Source: an uncultured delta proteobacterium (GTDB lineage Bacteria; Desulfobacterota; Desulfobacteria; Desulfobacterales; Desulfatirhabdiaceae). From it: a stretch of DNA of 45,399 nucleotides. A program made the position numbers and the translations under genes. Below the pieces are notes generated by a model that was not told where the DNA came from, did no database searches, and saw nothing but the letters and a program-made list of their open reading frames with translations. Below are positions 19,143-29,142 of this stretch, in pieces (within the stretch, counting starts at the first letter, position 1; each line of letters begins with the position of its first letter). Location of the stretch: assembly GCA_963789395.1 (NCBI GenBank), contig CAWBKP010000023.1:1-45399 (forward strand), in the 5' to 3' direction.

Positions 19143-19521
19143 ATGCATATTCCCGCATATCAAATCCACAATGTCCTGAACACCTATAGCCAGCAGCTTT
19201 TCAAAGCCGGAATCACCACGCAGAATCCGGATTCCGGTGCGGACCCGTCTGCAGGCCGAATGACGAATGAAACCAGGCGCAAGGCTGTCATTGACAAGGT
19301 CGCAGCCGATATCGTTCAGCGCATTACCCGCCTGGATGGCATTAACCGCCAGGGAAACCACCCCTTCACCGGTTTCAGCAGGACGAACGGATCCCCAGCG
19401 TTCTGAAATACGCGACAACAAGTTCGTGTTCAATACCCTGGATATCCACAATAACAAAACGTCCCGAACTCTTTCCATAGAGGATTCGATTTTTTTTATC
19501 AAAAGGGACCCGCCCGAGTGA
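19143..19521 (+). CDS. DVU0524-like hypothetical protein (frameshift near 19380)
   Basis: MHIPAYQIHNVLNTYSQQL..RRKAVIDKVAADIV in one frame and FVFNTLD..LSIEDS in the next; family recognised from memory. Confidence 0.55.
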
Positions 19522-19602
19522 TGTCAAAGCGACACCTAAAGAAATTCATCGTGCAAACAACCCGCATTCCACTGCAAATCCCTTGATTAAAGGACAGAAT
19601 TC

Positions 19603-21492
19603 ATGAAGTTTCCGATTGCGCTCGACCATTATATCCCTGTTCATCTTTCACTATCCCAGCCGCAACTGCTTCCGGATCAAAAAGAGCAGCTTGGCCGAAA
19701 CATTAAACTCGTCAGAGACAGTATTGTTTTCTTCACGGCTTATGCCAATGCCAAGGGTCTGGGGGGACATACCGGCGGGGCCTTTGATGTGGTTCCGGAA
19801 TTGCTGATAATTGACGGGTTCATCAAAGAGCGGCGAGCCTGTTTATCCGGTTTTTTTCGACGAAGCCGGCCATCGGGTGGCCATTCAATATGTCATGGCG
19901 GCCTTAAACGGGTTCATGCCTGCGGAAGCGCTCCTGCATTACCGGGAATTTGACAAAGGGCTCTATGGCCACCCCGAACGCCATGATGAGATGGGAATTT
20001 TCTTCAGTTCCGGCAGACTGGGGCATTTGTGGAGCTATGTCAATGGCGTTGCCGCCGCCAACCCCGACAAATCGGTCGTTCTCTTCGGCAGCGACGGCTC
20101 CCAGCTGGAAGGCGGGGATGCCGAGGCCGCTCGCTATGCCGTTGCCCAGAGCCTGAATGTCAAACTGCTGATAGACGACAATGACGTGACCATCGCAGGT
20201 CATCCCAGCCAGTATATGAAGGGCTTTGATGTTGAAAAAACCCTGAAAGGGCATGGCCTTTTAGTTGATGCCGGAAACGGGGAAGATGTGGATGCCCTGT
20301 TTCAAAGAATCCGCAAAGCGCTGACCACAAGCGGCCCGTATGCCCTGGTCAACCGCCGCAAAATGGCCCCGGGGGTTGACGGCATTGAAGGACTGCCAAA
20401 AGGGCACGATGTGATTCCGGTCAATTTTGCCATTTCATATCTCAAGCGAAACGGATATGACGCGCCGTAAATATTCTGGAAACCCCGATTCCCAAAACAA
20501 AAGTGGCGCCATACAAAGGCAGCACCCCTGAACAGGCCAAAAACAGGGATGATTTCGGCAAATATGTCTGCGAGATCCTGAAAGACATGCCGGACAGAAA
20601 AGAACGGGTGATCGTCGTGGATTCCGATCTGGAAGGATCCTGCGGGCTACACCATATCCGAAAGGCCTTCCCGGAAGTCTATGTCCATGGCGGCATTATG
20701 GAGCGGAACAATTTTTCCGTTGCAGCCGGATTCGGCGCAACAGCTGGAAAACAGGGCATATTCGGCACATTTACTGCATTTCTGGAAATGGTGATTTCCG
20801 AAATCACCATGGCCAGACTGAACCGGGCCAATGTTCTGGCGCATTTTTCCCATGCAGGCGTGGACGACATGGCGGACAATACCTGTCATTTCGGCATTAA
20901 CGCCTTCTTTGCCGATAACGGGCTTCTGGAAAACGATGCCACACGACTCTACTTTCCCGCGGACAGCCTGCAGCTGAAAGCCGTCCTGTCATCGATTTTT
21001 CCTGCCGGCGGACTTCGGTTCGTCTTTTCGACCCGATCCGGAACTCCCTTTATTTTAGACGCCGACGGCAAGCGTTTTTTCGATGCGGGATACACATTCA
21101 TTCCCGGCAGAGACGATCTGATCCGGGAAGGCAGCGACGGATACATCGTTACCTACGGCGAAATGCTGTACCGGTGCCTGGACATTGTCGAGGATCTTAA
21201 AACCCGGGGTATCTCGATCGGCCTGATCAATAAAACCACTTTGAACATCATCGATGAAGAGATGCTGAAACGCATCGGCTCATGCAAAGCCGTTCTTGTT
21301 GTTGAAACACAGAATATCAAGACCGGCCTCGGGGCAAGGATGGGAACCTGGCTTCTGGAAAGAGGCTACCATCCCCGCTTTGCCGCCATGGGCACCTGGA
21401 AAGAAGGCCACGGCGGCCTCTCGGAACAGATCCCGTATCAGGGAATGGGTAAAGACGGCATTCTTTCCCGAATCACCGCCCTGCTGAAATAA
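19603..21492 (+). CDS. Transketolase-like TPP enzyme (frameshifts near 19828 and 20465)
   Basis: GGHTGG, LYGHPE, SSGRLGH, GSDGSQLEG..DDN TPP motif, DSDLEGS, GIMER, FSHAG across three ORFs. Confidence 0.8.
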
Positions 21493-21511
21493 ACAGAGGG
21501 AAATTAGGATT

Positions 21512-22132
21512 TTGGTTATTGCAGGGCTTACCGGCGGCATCGCATCCGGGAAATCAACGGTATCCGCCTTTCTGGAAGATGCCGGAGCCGTCATCGTGGA
21601 TGCGGATAAAATCGCCCGCAAAGTGGTTCAGAAAGACAGGCCGGCCTGGCGTAAAATCGTGGATGCCTTTGGCCGGTCGATTCTGCTGCCTGACGGAGAA
21701 ATCAATCGCATTCTTCTGGGAGAGATCATCTTTGGTGACCCGGCTCAACAACAAATCCTGAACCGGATCGTCCACCCGGATGTCTTTGCGGAGACGGCAA
21801 CGCGTCTGGCTGAAATTGAAAATAAACAGCCTGGCGCTGTCGTGATCCTGGATGTGCCGCTGCTGATCGAATCCGGTATGGACATGGATTTTTCAGAAAT
21901 CCTTGTGGTGTATGTTCCGGAGTCGGTTCAGATTCAGCGGCTGATGGCAAGAGATCGTCTGACACAGACACAGGCCCTGGCGCGGATTCGATCTCAGATG
22001 CCTATTGAAGAGAAAAAGAAGCACGCCACGATCGTCATTGACAACAGCGGCAGCCGTGAAAACACCCGCAATATTTCCATGCGGGTTTACCAGAAACTAT
22101 GCAAAAAAAACAGCGACCCGGATAATTCATGA
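21512..22132 (+). CDS. coaE: Dephospho-CoA kinase
   Basis: GLTGGIASGKSTV, DADKIAR, DVPLLIE, RIRSQMP. Confidence 0.95.
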   Translation: MVIAGLTGGIASGKSTVSAFLEDAGAVIVDADKIARKVVQKDRPAWRKIVDAFGRSILLPDGEINRILLGEIIFGDPAQQQILNRIVHPDVFAETATRLAEIENKQPGAVVILDVPLLIESGMDMDFSEILVVYVPESVQIQRLMARDRLTQTQALARIRSQMPIEEKKKHATIVIDNSGSRENTRNISMRVYQKLCKKNSDPDNS

Positions 22133-22536
22133 ATACCATCATCATAGGATCCCTGATCGGATTCAGCCTGGGCGCTACAGGATACATCGTTTTTCGGTTC
22201 TGGCTGTTGCCCATCAGGCGCTATCAGCGGATCAAACAGCAGATTGTCGACTTGATTCATGACCATGAACGCAAGTTGACCGGCGAAAACACCTTTCAGC
22301 TCTCGGCTGACCAGTCCGAGAACTGCCGCAAGCAATCGATGGCCTTGACGGACGCCTATTATGACGACCTTCCCCACTGGTACCGCCTGGTTCTGGGCAA
22401 CCGGAAGGAATCCCCGGATGAGGCATCCAAAAACCTTCAGGCGTTATCCAGTATCCGAAACCCCGATCATGCCCGCAATCGCATCCATAATATCAAAAAA
22501 AGTCTCAATTTGTCCAAGGAGCAGACAACGGGCTGA
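22129..22536 (+). CDS. Hypothetical membrane-anchored protein
   Basis: N-terminal TM helix; ATGA overlap with coaE. Confidence 0.7.
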   Translation: MNTIIIGSLIGFSLGATGYIVFRFWLLPIRRYQRIKQQIVDLIHDHERKLTGENTFQLSADQSENCRKQSMALTDAYYDDLPHWYRLVLGNRKESPDEASKNLQALSSIRNPDHARNRIHNIKKSLNLSKEQTTG

Positions 22537-22617
22537 GGACAAACCTGAACGTGAAGACTCTGACACCCGATCCTTGACTCCCGTTTACCCCAAACCATTT
22601 CGAAAGGAAATACAAGC

Positions 22618-23041
22618 ATGCAACGCACCTTATCCATTATCAAACCCGATGGGGTTTCCCGCAACCTCATCGGCAACGTGATTCAGAAACTGGAGAAATC
22701 CGGACTGAACATCATTGCCATGAAAATGCTGCACATGACCCGGACCCAGGCCGAAGGGTTTTACGCCGTGCATAAGGAAAGGCCATTTTTTGCCAGTCTG
22801 ACGGAGTTCATGACCTCGGGGCCCGTGGTGGTGATGGTTCTTGAAGGAGAAAACGCCATAACCCGATACCGGGACCTGATGGGGGCAACCAATTTCAAGA
22901 ATGCCGCCGAAGGAACCATCCGAAGGGAGTATGCGACGGATATTGAAAAAAACGTGGTTCATGGCTCGGACTCCCCGGAAACCGCGGCCTTTGAGATCGG
23001 TTATTTCTTCAACAGTTTTGAAATTGTGAAGGGGGGGGTGA
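22618..23041 (+). CDS. ndk: Nucleoside diphosphate kinase (reads in frame into trmJ as assembled)
   Basis: [40 protein letters not shown]. Confidence 0.93.
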
Positions 23042-23802
23042 CTTCACCACCGGAACGCATCTGTCTGGACCATATCACCATCGTCCTGCAGCGGCCCCGT
23101 TTTCCGGAAAATATCGGGGCCGCTGCCAGAGCCATGCGGAACATGGGAATCCGCCGCATGATCGTCGTTGAACCGGAAAATTACGATATTTCCCGGGTGC
23201 TCAAAATGGCAACCCATGTGGCTGCGGATATTGTTCAGGAAGTCCAGATCACACAGACGCTTCGCGAAGCACTGTCGCCGTTTCACCTGGTTGTGGGAAC
23301 CACCGCGCGTCTGGGCGGGGAGCGGGAAGTTGTTCTGTCCCCTTCACATATTGCCGAACGTCTGATCTCCGTGTCTCAGGAAAACACCATTGCCATCGTT
23401 TTCGGCCCGGAAGACCGGGGACTTTCCAACGAAGATCTGCGTCTCTGCCATGAACTGGTCAATATCCCCACTGCCGAATTTTCTTCACTGAATCTGGCCC
23501 AGGCCGTCATGGTCATCTGTTACGAACTTTATACGGCTGGCAGGATTTTGTCCGAGGCAAGCACCCCCCGGCTGGCCACACGCCATGAACTGGACGGCAT
23601 GTACGACCAGCTCCGGGATGTTCTGGTCCGGATCAACTACATCAACCCGGAAAATCCGGATTACTGGATGAACAAGATCCGGCGATTTTTTACCCGCTTG
23701 CAGCTGAAGGCCGGGGAAGTCAGTATCATCCGGGGAATCTGCCGGCAGATTGACTGGTATGGGAAAAAATGCCACGAAGACGGCAGGCAATCAAAAGAAT
23801 AA
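23038..23802 (+). CDS. trmJ: SPOUT RNA methyltransferase TrmJ/TrmH family
   Basis: [43 protein letters not shown]. Confidence 0.85.
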   Translation: MTSPPERICLDHITIVLQRPRFPENIGAAARAMRNMGIRRMIVVEPENYDISRVLKMATHVAADIVQEVQITQTLREALSPFHLVVGTTARLGGEREVVLSPSHIAERLISVSQENTIAIVFGPEDRGLSNEDLRLCHELVNIPTAEFSSLNLAQAVMVICYELYTAGRILSEASTPRLATRHELDGMYDQLRDVLVRINYINPENPDYWMNKIRRFFTRLQLKAGEVSIIRGICRQIDWYGKKCHEDGRQSKE

Positions 23803-23833
23803 GCACTCCCCCCCAACTCCTGCCCTTTTCCTT

Positions 23834-23968
23834 AGAGTCTATTGCAAAACCTTTTCAAATTAACGCTTCCGTCATACCGGCGAAAGCCGGTATCCAGTGA
23901 ATTCAAAGACTCCTGGACCCCGGTTTTCACCGGGGTGACGAACAGTGGTACGTTTGCAAGAGGGTCCT
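23834..23968. repeat. REP/MITE-like palindromic element
   Basis: CGTCATACCGGCGAAAGCCGGTATCCAG...CTGGACCCCGGTTTTCACCGGGGTGACG doublet with outer TTGCAAA inverted ends. Confidence 0.75.
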
Positions 23969-24855
23969 GATTTATTTTCCCCCAGCAGACCCTGAACGGA
24001 CTTCAGGATATCGGCAGGCATCACGATGGTTTTGGCGTTGGCCGATGCCGAAAGATTCTTAAAGGCATCCACATAGCGTTCACCCAGAAGATAAATTGCC
24101 GGCAGATGCCGCTCCCCGATGGCATCCGATACCCGCTGAATGGCTTCTTTCGTAGCATTGGCCATGATCACCTTGGCCTCCGCATCCCGTCTGGAGGCTT
24201 CCAGCTTTCCTTCGGCTTCCTGAATCTGGGCTTCCTTGGCCCCTTCGGCGTTTAATATCGCTGCAACCTTCTTTCCTTCCGCTTCGGTAATGGCGGCCCT
24301 TCGGGACCGTTCAGCAGATGCCTGCTTTTCCATGGCCTGCTGCATGGTCGCAGAGGGTTTTATATCCTGGATTTCAACGGTTTTGACCACAATTCCCCAG
24401 GCCGCCACATCATCTGAAATGCCGCCCTTCAGCTTTGATTTGATGAGCTCCCGGGAGCTGAGTGCATCATCCAGATCCATCTCCCCGACGATGCCTCGCA
24501 GAGACGTCTGAATCAGGTTTACAATGGCAAACCGGTAATCATCAATGCCGTAAACGGCTTTCTGGGGTTCAATGACATTGATGAAGGCAATGGCATTTGT
24601 CATGATCACGGCGTTGTCCCGGGTAATCACTTCCTGGGTGGGGATGTCCAGGGAAATATCCTTGGTGATGACTTTGTGAGCGATCGTATCCAGATAGGGA
24701 ATCACGAAATTCAGCCCCGGATTCAGGGTAGAATGATATTTGCCAAGGCGCTGCACCACATGCTTGTACCCCTGGGGAACAATCCGTACGCCCATGAAAA
24801 TCGTCAAAACAACCAGAACCGTTAAAATTCCAATAACTGTCAGACCACCTGCCAT
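23872..24855 (-). CDS. SPFH/band 7 (QmcA-like) membrane protein
   Basis: N-terminal TM, VVQRLGKY..PGLNFVIP, QEVITRDN, MEKQASAERSRRA. Confidence 0.92.
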   Translation of the reverse strand: MAGGLTVIGILTVLVVLTIFMGVRIVPQGYKHVVQRLGKYHSTLNPGLNFVIPYLDTIAHKVITKDISLDIPTQEVITRDNAVIMTNAIAFINVIEPQKAVYGIDDYRFAIVNLIQTSLRGIVGEMDLDDALSSRELIKSKLKGGISDDVAAWGIVVKTVEIQDIKPSATMQQAMEKQASAERSRRAAITEAEGKKVAAILNAEGAKEAQIQEAEGKLEASRRDAEAKVIMANATKEAIQRVSDAIGERHLPAIYLLGERYVDAFKNLSASANAKTIVMPADILKSVQGLLGENKSGPSCKRTTVRHPGENRGPGVFEFTGYRLSPV

Positions 24856-24879
24856 CGTGATGCCTCCTTTCCTTGCAGA

Positions 24880-25329
24880 TTACTTTTTTTCCACCTTCAG
24901 CACATGTCCGTCAATGCCGGAAACCCGGACATAATCCCCGGGCTGAAACAGTTCCGCGCTGGTATAATCCCATTCTTCCGCCCCCAGAACCGGCAGGGTG
25001 AATCGCACCCTGCCCTTTTCAAGCGGTGTTGCATTGGGTTTCACCACCATTCCCGCTTCACCGATTATGGCTTCCTGCGACATCCCGGCAGTGGTTTTAT
25101 CCACCATTTTGGGTCTTAACACCCGGAACCAGAGAAAGGTGAGAACCGATGAAGCCACGGTCCAGGTAAACAACTGGACCGTAAAGGAAGATTCCGGAAA
25201 AATAAATAGATACAGCCCCACCAAGCAGGCTCCGAGACCGAACCAGATGATGGTGAAGGACGGGATAAAGAGCTCTGCGCTGATCAGAATCAATCCAAAA
25301 GACAGCCAGTGCCACCACAGCATCGTCAT
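24880..25329 (-). CDS. NfeD-family (YbbJ-like) protein
   Basis: WWHWLSFGLILISAELFIPSF; C-terminal OB fold; adjacent to SPFH gene. Confidence 0.88.
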   Translation of the reverse strand: MTMLWWHWLSFGLILISAELFIPSFTIIWFGLGACLVGLYLFIFPESSFTVQLFTWTVASSVLTFLWFRVLRPKMVDKTTAGMSQEAIIGEAGMVVKPNATPLEKGRVRFTLPVLGAEEWDYTSAELFQPGDYVRVSGIDGHVLKVEKK

Positions 25330-25575
25330 GGAATTTCTCTCCTGGTTTTACGGAACGTGTTGAAGAAAAAAATCTGGAAGAAACAGCCTTTTCGCGAATC
25401 TATTCAGGAATAAAACTGAAAATCCTGCATCAGGCTCTTCGACAATTCAGCTTTATAGCAAGTGCGGCACCCTGTCAATACCGATAAATACATCAACATT
25501 CGAACTTCGAAAAAAATGAAACATCGCCGAGAGCACGCCATAGCGGAAGTTGAATTTCCGAACACAAAAAACAGC

Positions 25576-25605
25576 TTGACATAATAAAACAATCGATGTT
25601 AGGCT
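25576..25605 (+). promoter_or_regulatory. Putative sigma70 promoter of the aro operon
   Basis: TTGACA-18 bp-TAGGCT with a TG extension. Confidence 0.55.
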
Positions 25606-25638
25606 GCGCAAAATTTAACAATAAGGGCGCATCGTTTC

Positions 25639-25719
25639 ATGAAGCACACCATTTCAGGCAGCTATTATTACGGGTATTTTTATTACTTTAGCACCGATCT
25701 GCCCGTGGTGTGCTGCTGA
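25639..25719 (+). CDS. Tyr/Phe-rich attenuator leader peptide (26 aa)
   Basis: [26 protein letters not shown]; 6 Tyr and 2 Phe within 9 codons; upstream of an aromatic biosynthesis operon. Confidence 0.85.
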   Translation: MKHTISGSYYYGYFYYFSTDLPVVCC

Positions 25720-25742
25720 TACCCTAAAACATTATCCAGCAC

Positions 25743-25777
25743 AAGCCGTGGGCAGACTCTGCCCACGGCTTTTTTTT
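25743..25777 (+). terminator. Attenuator terminator
   Basis: AAGCCGTGGGCAG-ACT-CTGCCCACGGCTT followed by a T run. Confidence 0.9.
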
Positions 25778-25779
25778 CT

Positions 25780-25821
25780 AAAGGTCGTGGAGAAAAAAAT
25801 CTTCACGGCCTTTTTTATTTT
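25780..25821 (+). terminator. Second tandem terminator-like hairpin
   Basis: AAAGGTCGTGGAGA-AAAAAA-TCTTCACGGCCTTT followed by a T-rich tail. Confidence 0.6.
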
Positions 25822-25840
25822 AACAAGGAGGAGATCAATC

Positions 25841-26638
25841 ATGAGTATTTTAGGCAAGCAGATTCGAATCGAGCGCATTATCAACCGGAATACCGGAAAA
25901 ACCGTCATCGTTCCCATGGATCACGGTATGTCCATCGGGCCCATTCCCGGGCTGATCAATGTAAGAGATGCGATCCAGAAGGTTTCCGAAGGGGGCGCCA
26001 ACGCCATTGTCGAACACAAGGGCCTTGTAAAGGCAGGCCATCGCGGCCGGGGCAAGGATATCGGCCTGATCATCCACCTGTCTGCATCCACCAGCCTTTC
26101 GACTTCCCCCAATGCCAAAACCCTGATCTGCACTGTGGAAGAAGCCCTTAAACTGGGGGCGGATGCCGTATCCATCCAGGTGAATCTGGGAAACGGCGGT
26201 GAAAAGGAAATGCTTCATGATTTCGGCAAAGTCAGTTATGACGCCCGGGCCTGGGGAATGCCGCTGCTGGCCATGATCTATCCCCGCGGTGAAAACATCA
26301 AGGACGAATATGATGTCAATGTCATCAAGCATGCGGCCCGGGTCGGCGATGAGATGGGGGCGGACCTTGTCAAGGTGTCCTATACCGGATCCACGGAATC
26401 CTTCCGCGAAGTGGTCCAGGGCTGCTCTGTTCCGGTCGTGATTGCCGGCGGACCGAAAATGGACTCCGATATCGATATTCTGGAAATGGTCAAGGGTTCC
26501 ATAGATGCTGGCGGCGCCGGGGCCTCCATCGGCCGAAACGTGTTTCAGCACAGTGATCCGACAGCCATGACCATGGCCATCGCCGCCATCGTCCACGACG
26601 GTGCGGATGTGGACAAAGCTTTAAGCTTCTTGAAATAA
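25841..26638 (+). CDS. 2-amino-3,7-dideoxy-D-threo-hept-6-ulosonate synthase (DhnA-type aldolase, aroA')
   Basis: [47 protein letters not shown]; directly upstream of DHQ synthase II. Confidence 0.88.
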   Translation: MSILGKQIRIERIINRNTGKTVIVPMDHGMSIGPIPGLINVRDAIQKVSEGGANAIVEHKGLVKAGHRGRGKDIGLIIHLSASTSLSTSPNAKTLICTVEEALKLGADAVSIQVNLGNGGEKEMLHDFGKVSYDARAWGMPLLAMIYPRGENIKDEYDVNVIKHAARVGDEMGADLVKVSYTGSTESFREVVQGCSVPVVIAGGPKMDSDIDILEMVKGSIDAGGAGASIGRNVFQHSDPTAMTMAIAAIVHDGADVDKALSFLK

Positions 26639-26640
26639 AG

Positions 26641-26685
26641 GGCTATAGTTTTATTGGCAATAGGCTATGGGCTATAGGCTGAATA
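26641..26685 (+). repeat. Short degenerate heptamer tandem repeat
   Basis: GGCTATA..GGCAATA GGCTATG GGCTATA GGCTGAATA. Confidence 0.5.
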
Positions 26686-26725
26686 GGGCTTCGGCCCTGG
26701 GCCTGAATATGTGAAAGGGAATACG

Positions 26726-27721
26726 ATGACACGTACGATCTGGGTCAAAATTGATCCTTGGGATAAGGACATGGCGACAACCGCCATTGAAAACGGGGCT
26801 GACGGGATAATGGCGCCGCCGGGTTTTTCGGAAAAAATAAAAGAGCTGGGCAGAATCCAGACCATTTCTTTGGACGGCGACATTAGGCCCGGGGAAGACG
26901 TGGTCTCCTGCCAGATCACCTGCAAGGAAGACGAAGAGATGATTCTGGCCCTCTGCCGCGACAAAAAAGTCATTCTGGACTGCCAGGACTGGAGCATCAT
27001 CCCCCTTGAGAACCTCATCGCCAGAGGCGCCGATGTCATCGCTCAGGTTAACTGCCTGGCGGATGCCCAGACCGCTTTCGGCATTCTGGAAAAAGGGGTC
27101 CAGCATATTCTCCTGCATGCCGGTGATCCGGCGTCCCTCAAACAGGCCCTGACCCGTTTACGGTCTCAGGAAGATAAAACGGTTCTGGAAACTGCCGAAA
27201 TCGTGAGCATTCAGTCGGCCGGGATGGGCGATAGGGTATGCGTGGATACCTGCACCCTGATGACAGCCGGACAGGGGATGCTGGTCGGAAACAGCAGCAG
27301 CGGCCTTTTTCTGGTCCATGCCGAAAGCGTTTCCAACCCGTACGTGGCGCCAAGACCTTTTCGGGTCAATGCCGGTCCGGTGCATGCCTATACCCGTGTT
27401 CCCGGCGGCAAAACCCGGTATCTCTCGGAGCTTGGGGCCGGAGATCCGGTTCAGATCGTGGATCATGACGGCAATACGATGACCGCTGTCGTGGGACGGC
27501 TGAAGATTGAAAAGCGGCCGCTGATGCTGATCACGGCTGTCGCAAACGGCAGAGAGCTGACAACGCTGGTTCAAAACGCCGAAACCATCCGCCTGACACG
27601 GCCGGATGGCGAGCCGGTCTCGGTCGTTCATCTGACGGCAGGCGATCGGGTACTGGTCGCAACCGAACAGGGTGGCAGACATTTTGGATATGCGATCCAG
27701 GAAACCATCACCGAAAAATGA
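26726..27721 (+). CDS. 3-dehydroquinate synthase II (archaeal type, aroB')
   Basis: WSIIPLENLIA, GDRVCVDTC, RPFRVNAGPVHAY, KIEKRPL, QNAETIRL, GRHFG. Confidence 0.93.
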   Translation: MTRTIWVKIDPWDKDMATTAIENGADGIMAPPGFSEKIKELGRIQTISLDGDIRPGEDVVSCQITCKEDEEMILALCRDKKVILDCQDWSIIPLENLIARGADVIAQVNCLADAQTAFGILEKGVQHILLHAGDPASLKQALTRLRSQEDKTVLETAEIVSIQSAGMGDRVCVDTCTLMTAGQGMLVGNSSSGLFLVHAESVSNPYVAPRPFRVNAGPVHAYTRVPGGKTRYLSELGAGDPVQIVDHDGNTMTAVVGRLKIEKRPLMLITAVANGRELTTLVQNAETIRLTRPDGEPVSVVHLTAGDRVLVATEQGGRHFGYAIQETITEK

Positions 27722-27834
27722 CGGCATCATAAAAAGTCCGGATGCTGCGTTACGTTGCATCCTTCGTCGTTGCGGTGTACTATTCTTACACCTCGCTCCT
27801 CATGATTTGCGCGCCTTGCCTGCGAACTTTTTAC
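27720..27834. repeat. MITE-like element
   Basis: GACGGCATCATAAAAAGTCC...GAACTTTTTAC with TAAAAAGT/ACTTTTTA inverted ends and an internal GGTGTA..TACACC hairpin. Confidence 0.7.
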
Positions 27835-27945
27835 CATGAAAATAGATTCCCCCCTTTGGAAAAGGGGGGCCAGGGGGGATTTCGGATGAACGGTTGAAAA
27901 ATCCCCCTCAATCCCCCTTTTCCAAAGGGGGAAGACCTTTTCATT
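27835..27945. repeat. REPIN-like inverted doublet of CCCCCTTT-N-AAAGGGGG palindromes
   Basis: Two inverted copies (about 27849-27882 and 27899-27934) flanked by CATGAAAA/TTTTCATT. Confidence 0.75.
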
Positions 27946-28020
27946 GACGTGGGCGAAATCCTGATTTCATTAACGTTTATAATGCCGTCTGAAAATAGAT
28001 AATGAGGAATGCATCATTTT

Positions 28021-29127
28021 ATGAGCACAAACTCTGAAACATGCGCCGGCGATCATTCGAAGACAGAAGACATGGACAGTCTGAGAAAGGCAATTGACGC
28101 CATTGACGAACAAATCCTGGATCTGATTTGCACCCGGCTGGATACGGCCAGAAAAATCGGCGCGATAAAAGCAAAAAGCGGTGGCCCGGTTTTTGACAGC
28201 GCCCGGGAAGCGCTGCTCCTTGGCCGCCTGAATCGCCTGAATCGCGGACCGCTCAGCACAGGCGCCCTGCATCACATCTTCAAGGAAATCATTGCCGCTT
28301 CCCGGGAAATTCAAAAACAGGTGACCGTTGCCTACCTGGGTCCGGAAGGCACATTTACCCATCTTGCCACCCTGAATCATTTCGGGAGGGGGGTTCAGAC
28401 TGCCTCCCTAACCCGGATCCGGGATATCTTTGCCGGGGTGGATAAAGAGATATACCCTTTCGGGGTGGTGCCGGTTGAAAATTCCATCGAGGGCTCGGTC
28501 AACCCGACCCTCGATCTGTTCTGGGAATCGGAAGTCCAGATCTGCGCGGAGATTTACCAGACCATTTCACATGACCTGCTCTCAAATGCAAAAACCCTTG
28601 AGGACATCGAGGTGCTGTATTCTCATTCCCATGCATTTGCCCAGTGCCGGGAATGGATTGGCCGCCATCTTCCGAACTGCCGCCTGGTGCCATGCGAAAG
28701 CACGGCGCTTGCCGCTCAAAAAGCCCTGGAGGACCCCGGATCCGCCGCCATCGCCGGCAGGGAGGCCGCACGGATTTATCAACTGCCGATCGCCGCCTCC
28801 CGGATCGAAGACAGTATCCGCAATACGACCCGCTTTCTCGTTATCGGGAAAAAAATGCCCGGACGGACCGACCAGGACAAAACATCTCTTCTCTTTGCCA
28901 CCCATCACGTTCCCGGCGCGCTTTACAAGGTCTTAAAACCCATCAACGACGCCGGGCTCAATATGGTCAAGCTGGAATCCCGGCCATCCCGGCATGAGAA
29001 CTGGAGCTATCATTTTTTTGTTGATATTGAAGGCCATATGGAAGATGCTCCGGTCCAGAAAGCAGTAGATGAAATGACCCGCATGTGCATGATGCTCAAA
29101 TGCCTGGGATCCTACCCCAGGGCATGA
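28021..29127 (+). CDS. pheA: Chorismate mutase/prephenate dehydratase
   Basis: LRKAIDAIDEQILDL, YLGPEGTFT, VPVENSIEGSV, NTTRF, KLESRPS. Confidence 0.95.
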   Translation: MSTNSETCAGDHSKTEDMDSLRKAIDAIDEQILDLICTRLDTARKIGAIKAKSGGPVFDSAREALLLGRLNRLNRGPLSTGALHHIFKEIIAASREIQKQVTVAYLGPEGTFTHLATLNHFGRGVQTASLTRIRDIFAGVDKEIYPFGVVPVENSIEGSVNPTLDLFWESEVQICAEIYQTISHDLLSNAKTLEDIEVLYSHSHAFAQCREWIGRHLPNCRLVPCESTALAAQKALEDPGSAAIAGREAARIYQLPIAASRIEDSIRNTTRFLVIGKKMPGRTDQDKTSLLFATHHVPGALYKVLKPINDAGLNMVKLESRPSRHENWSYHFFVDIEGHMEDAPVQKAVDEMTRMCMMLKCLGSYPRA

Positions 29128-29142
29128 CGGACGAGGCAACAT

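Noticed and set aside
25748..25840. N-terminal extension of aroA'
   Set aside because: It is the attenuator hairpin sequence; the SD supports ATG 25841.
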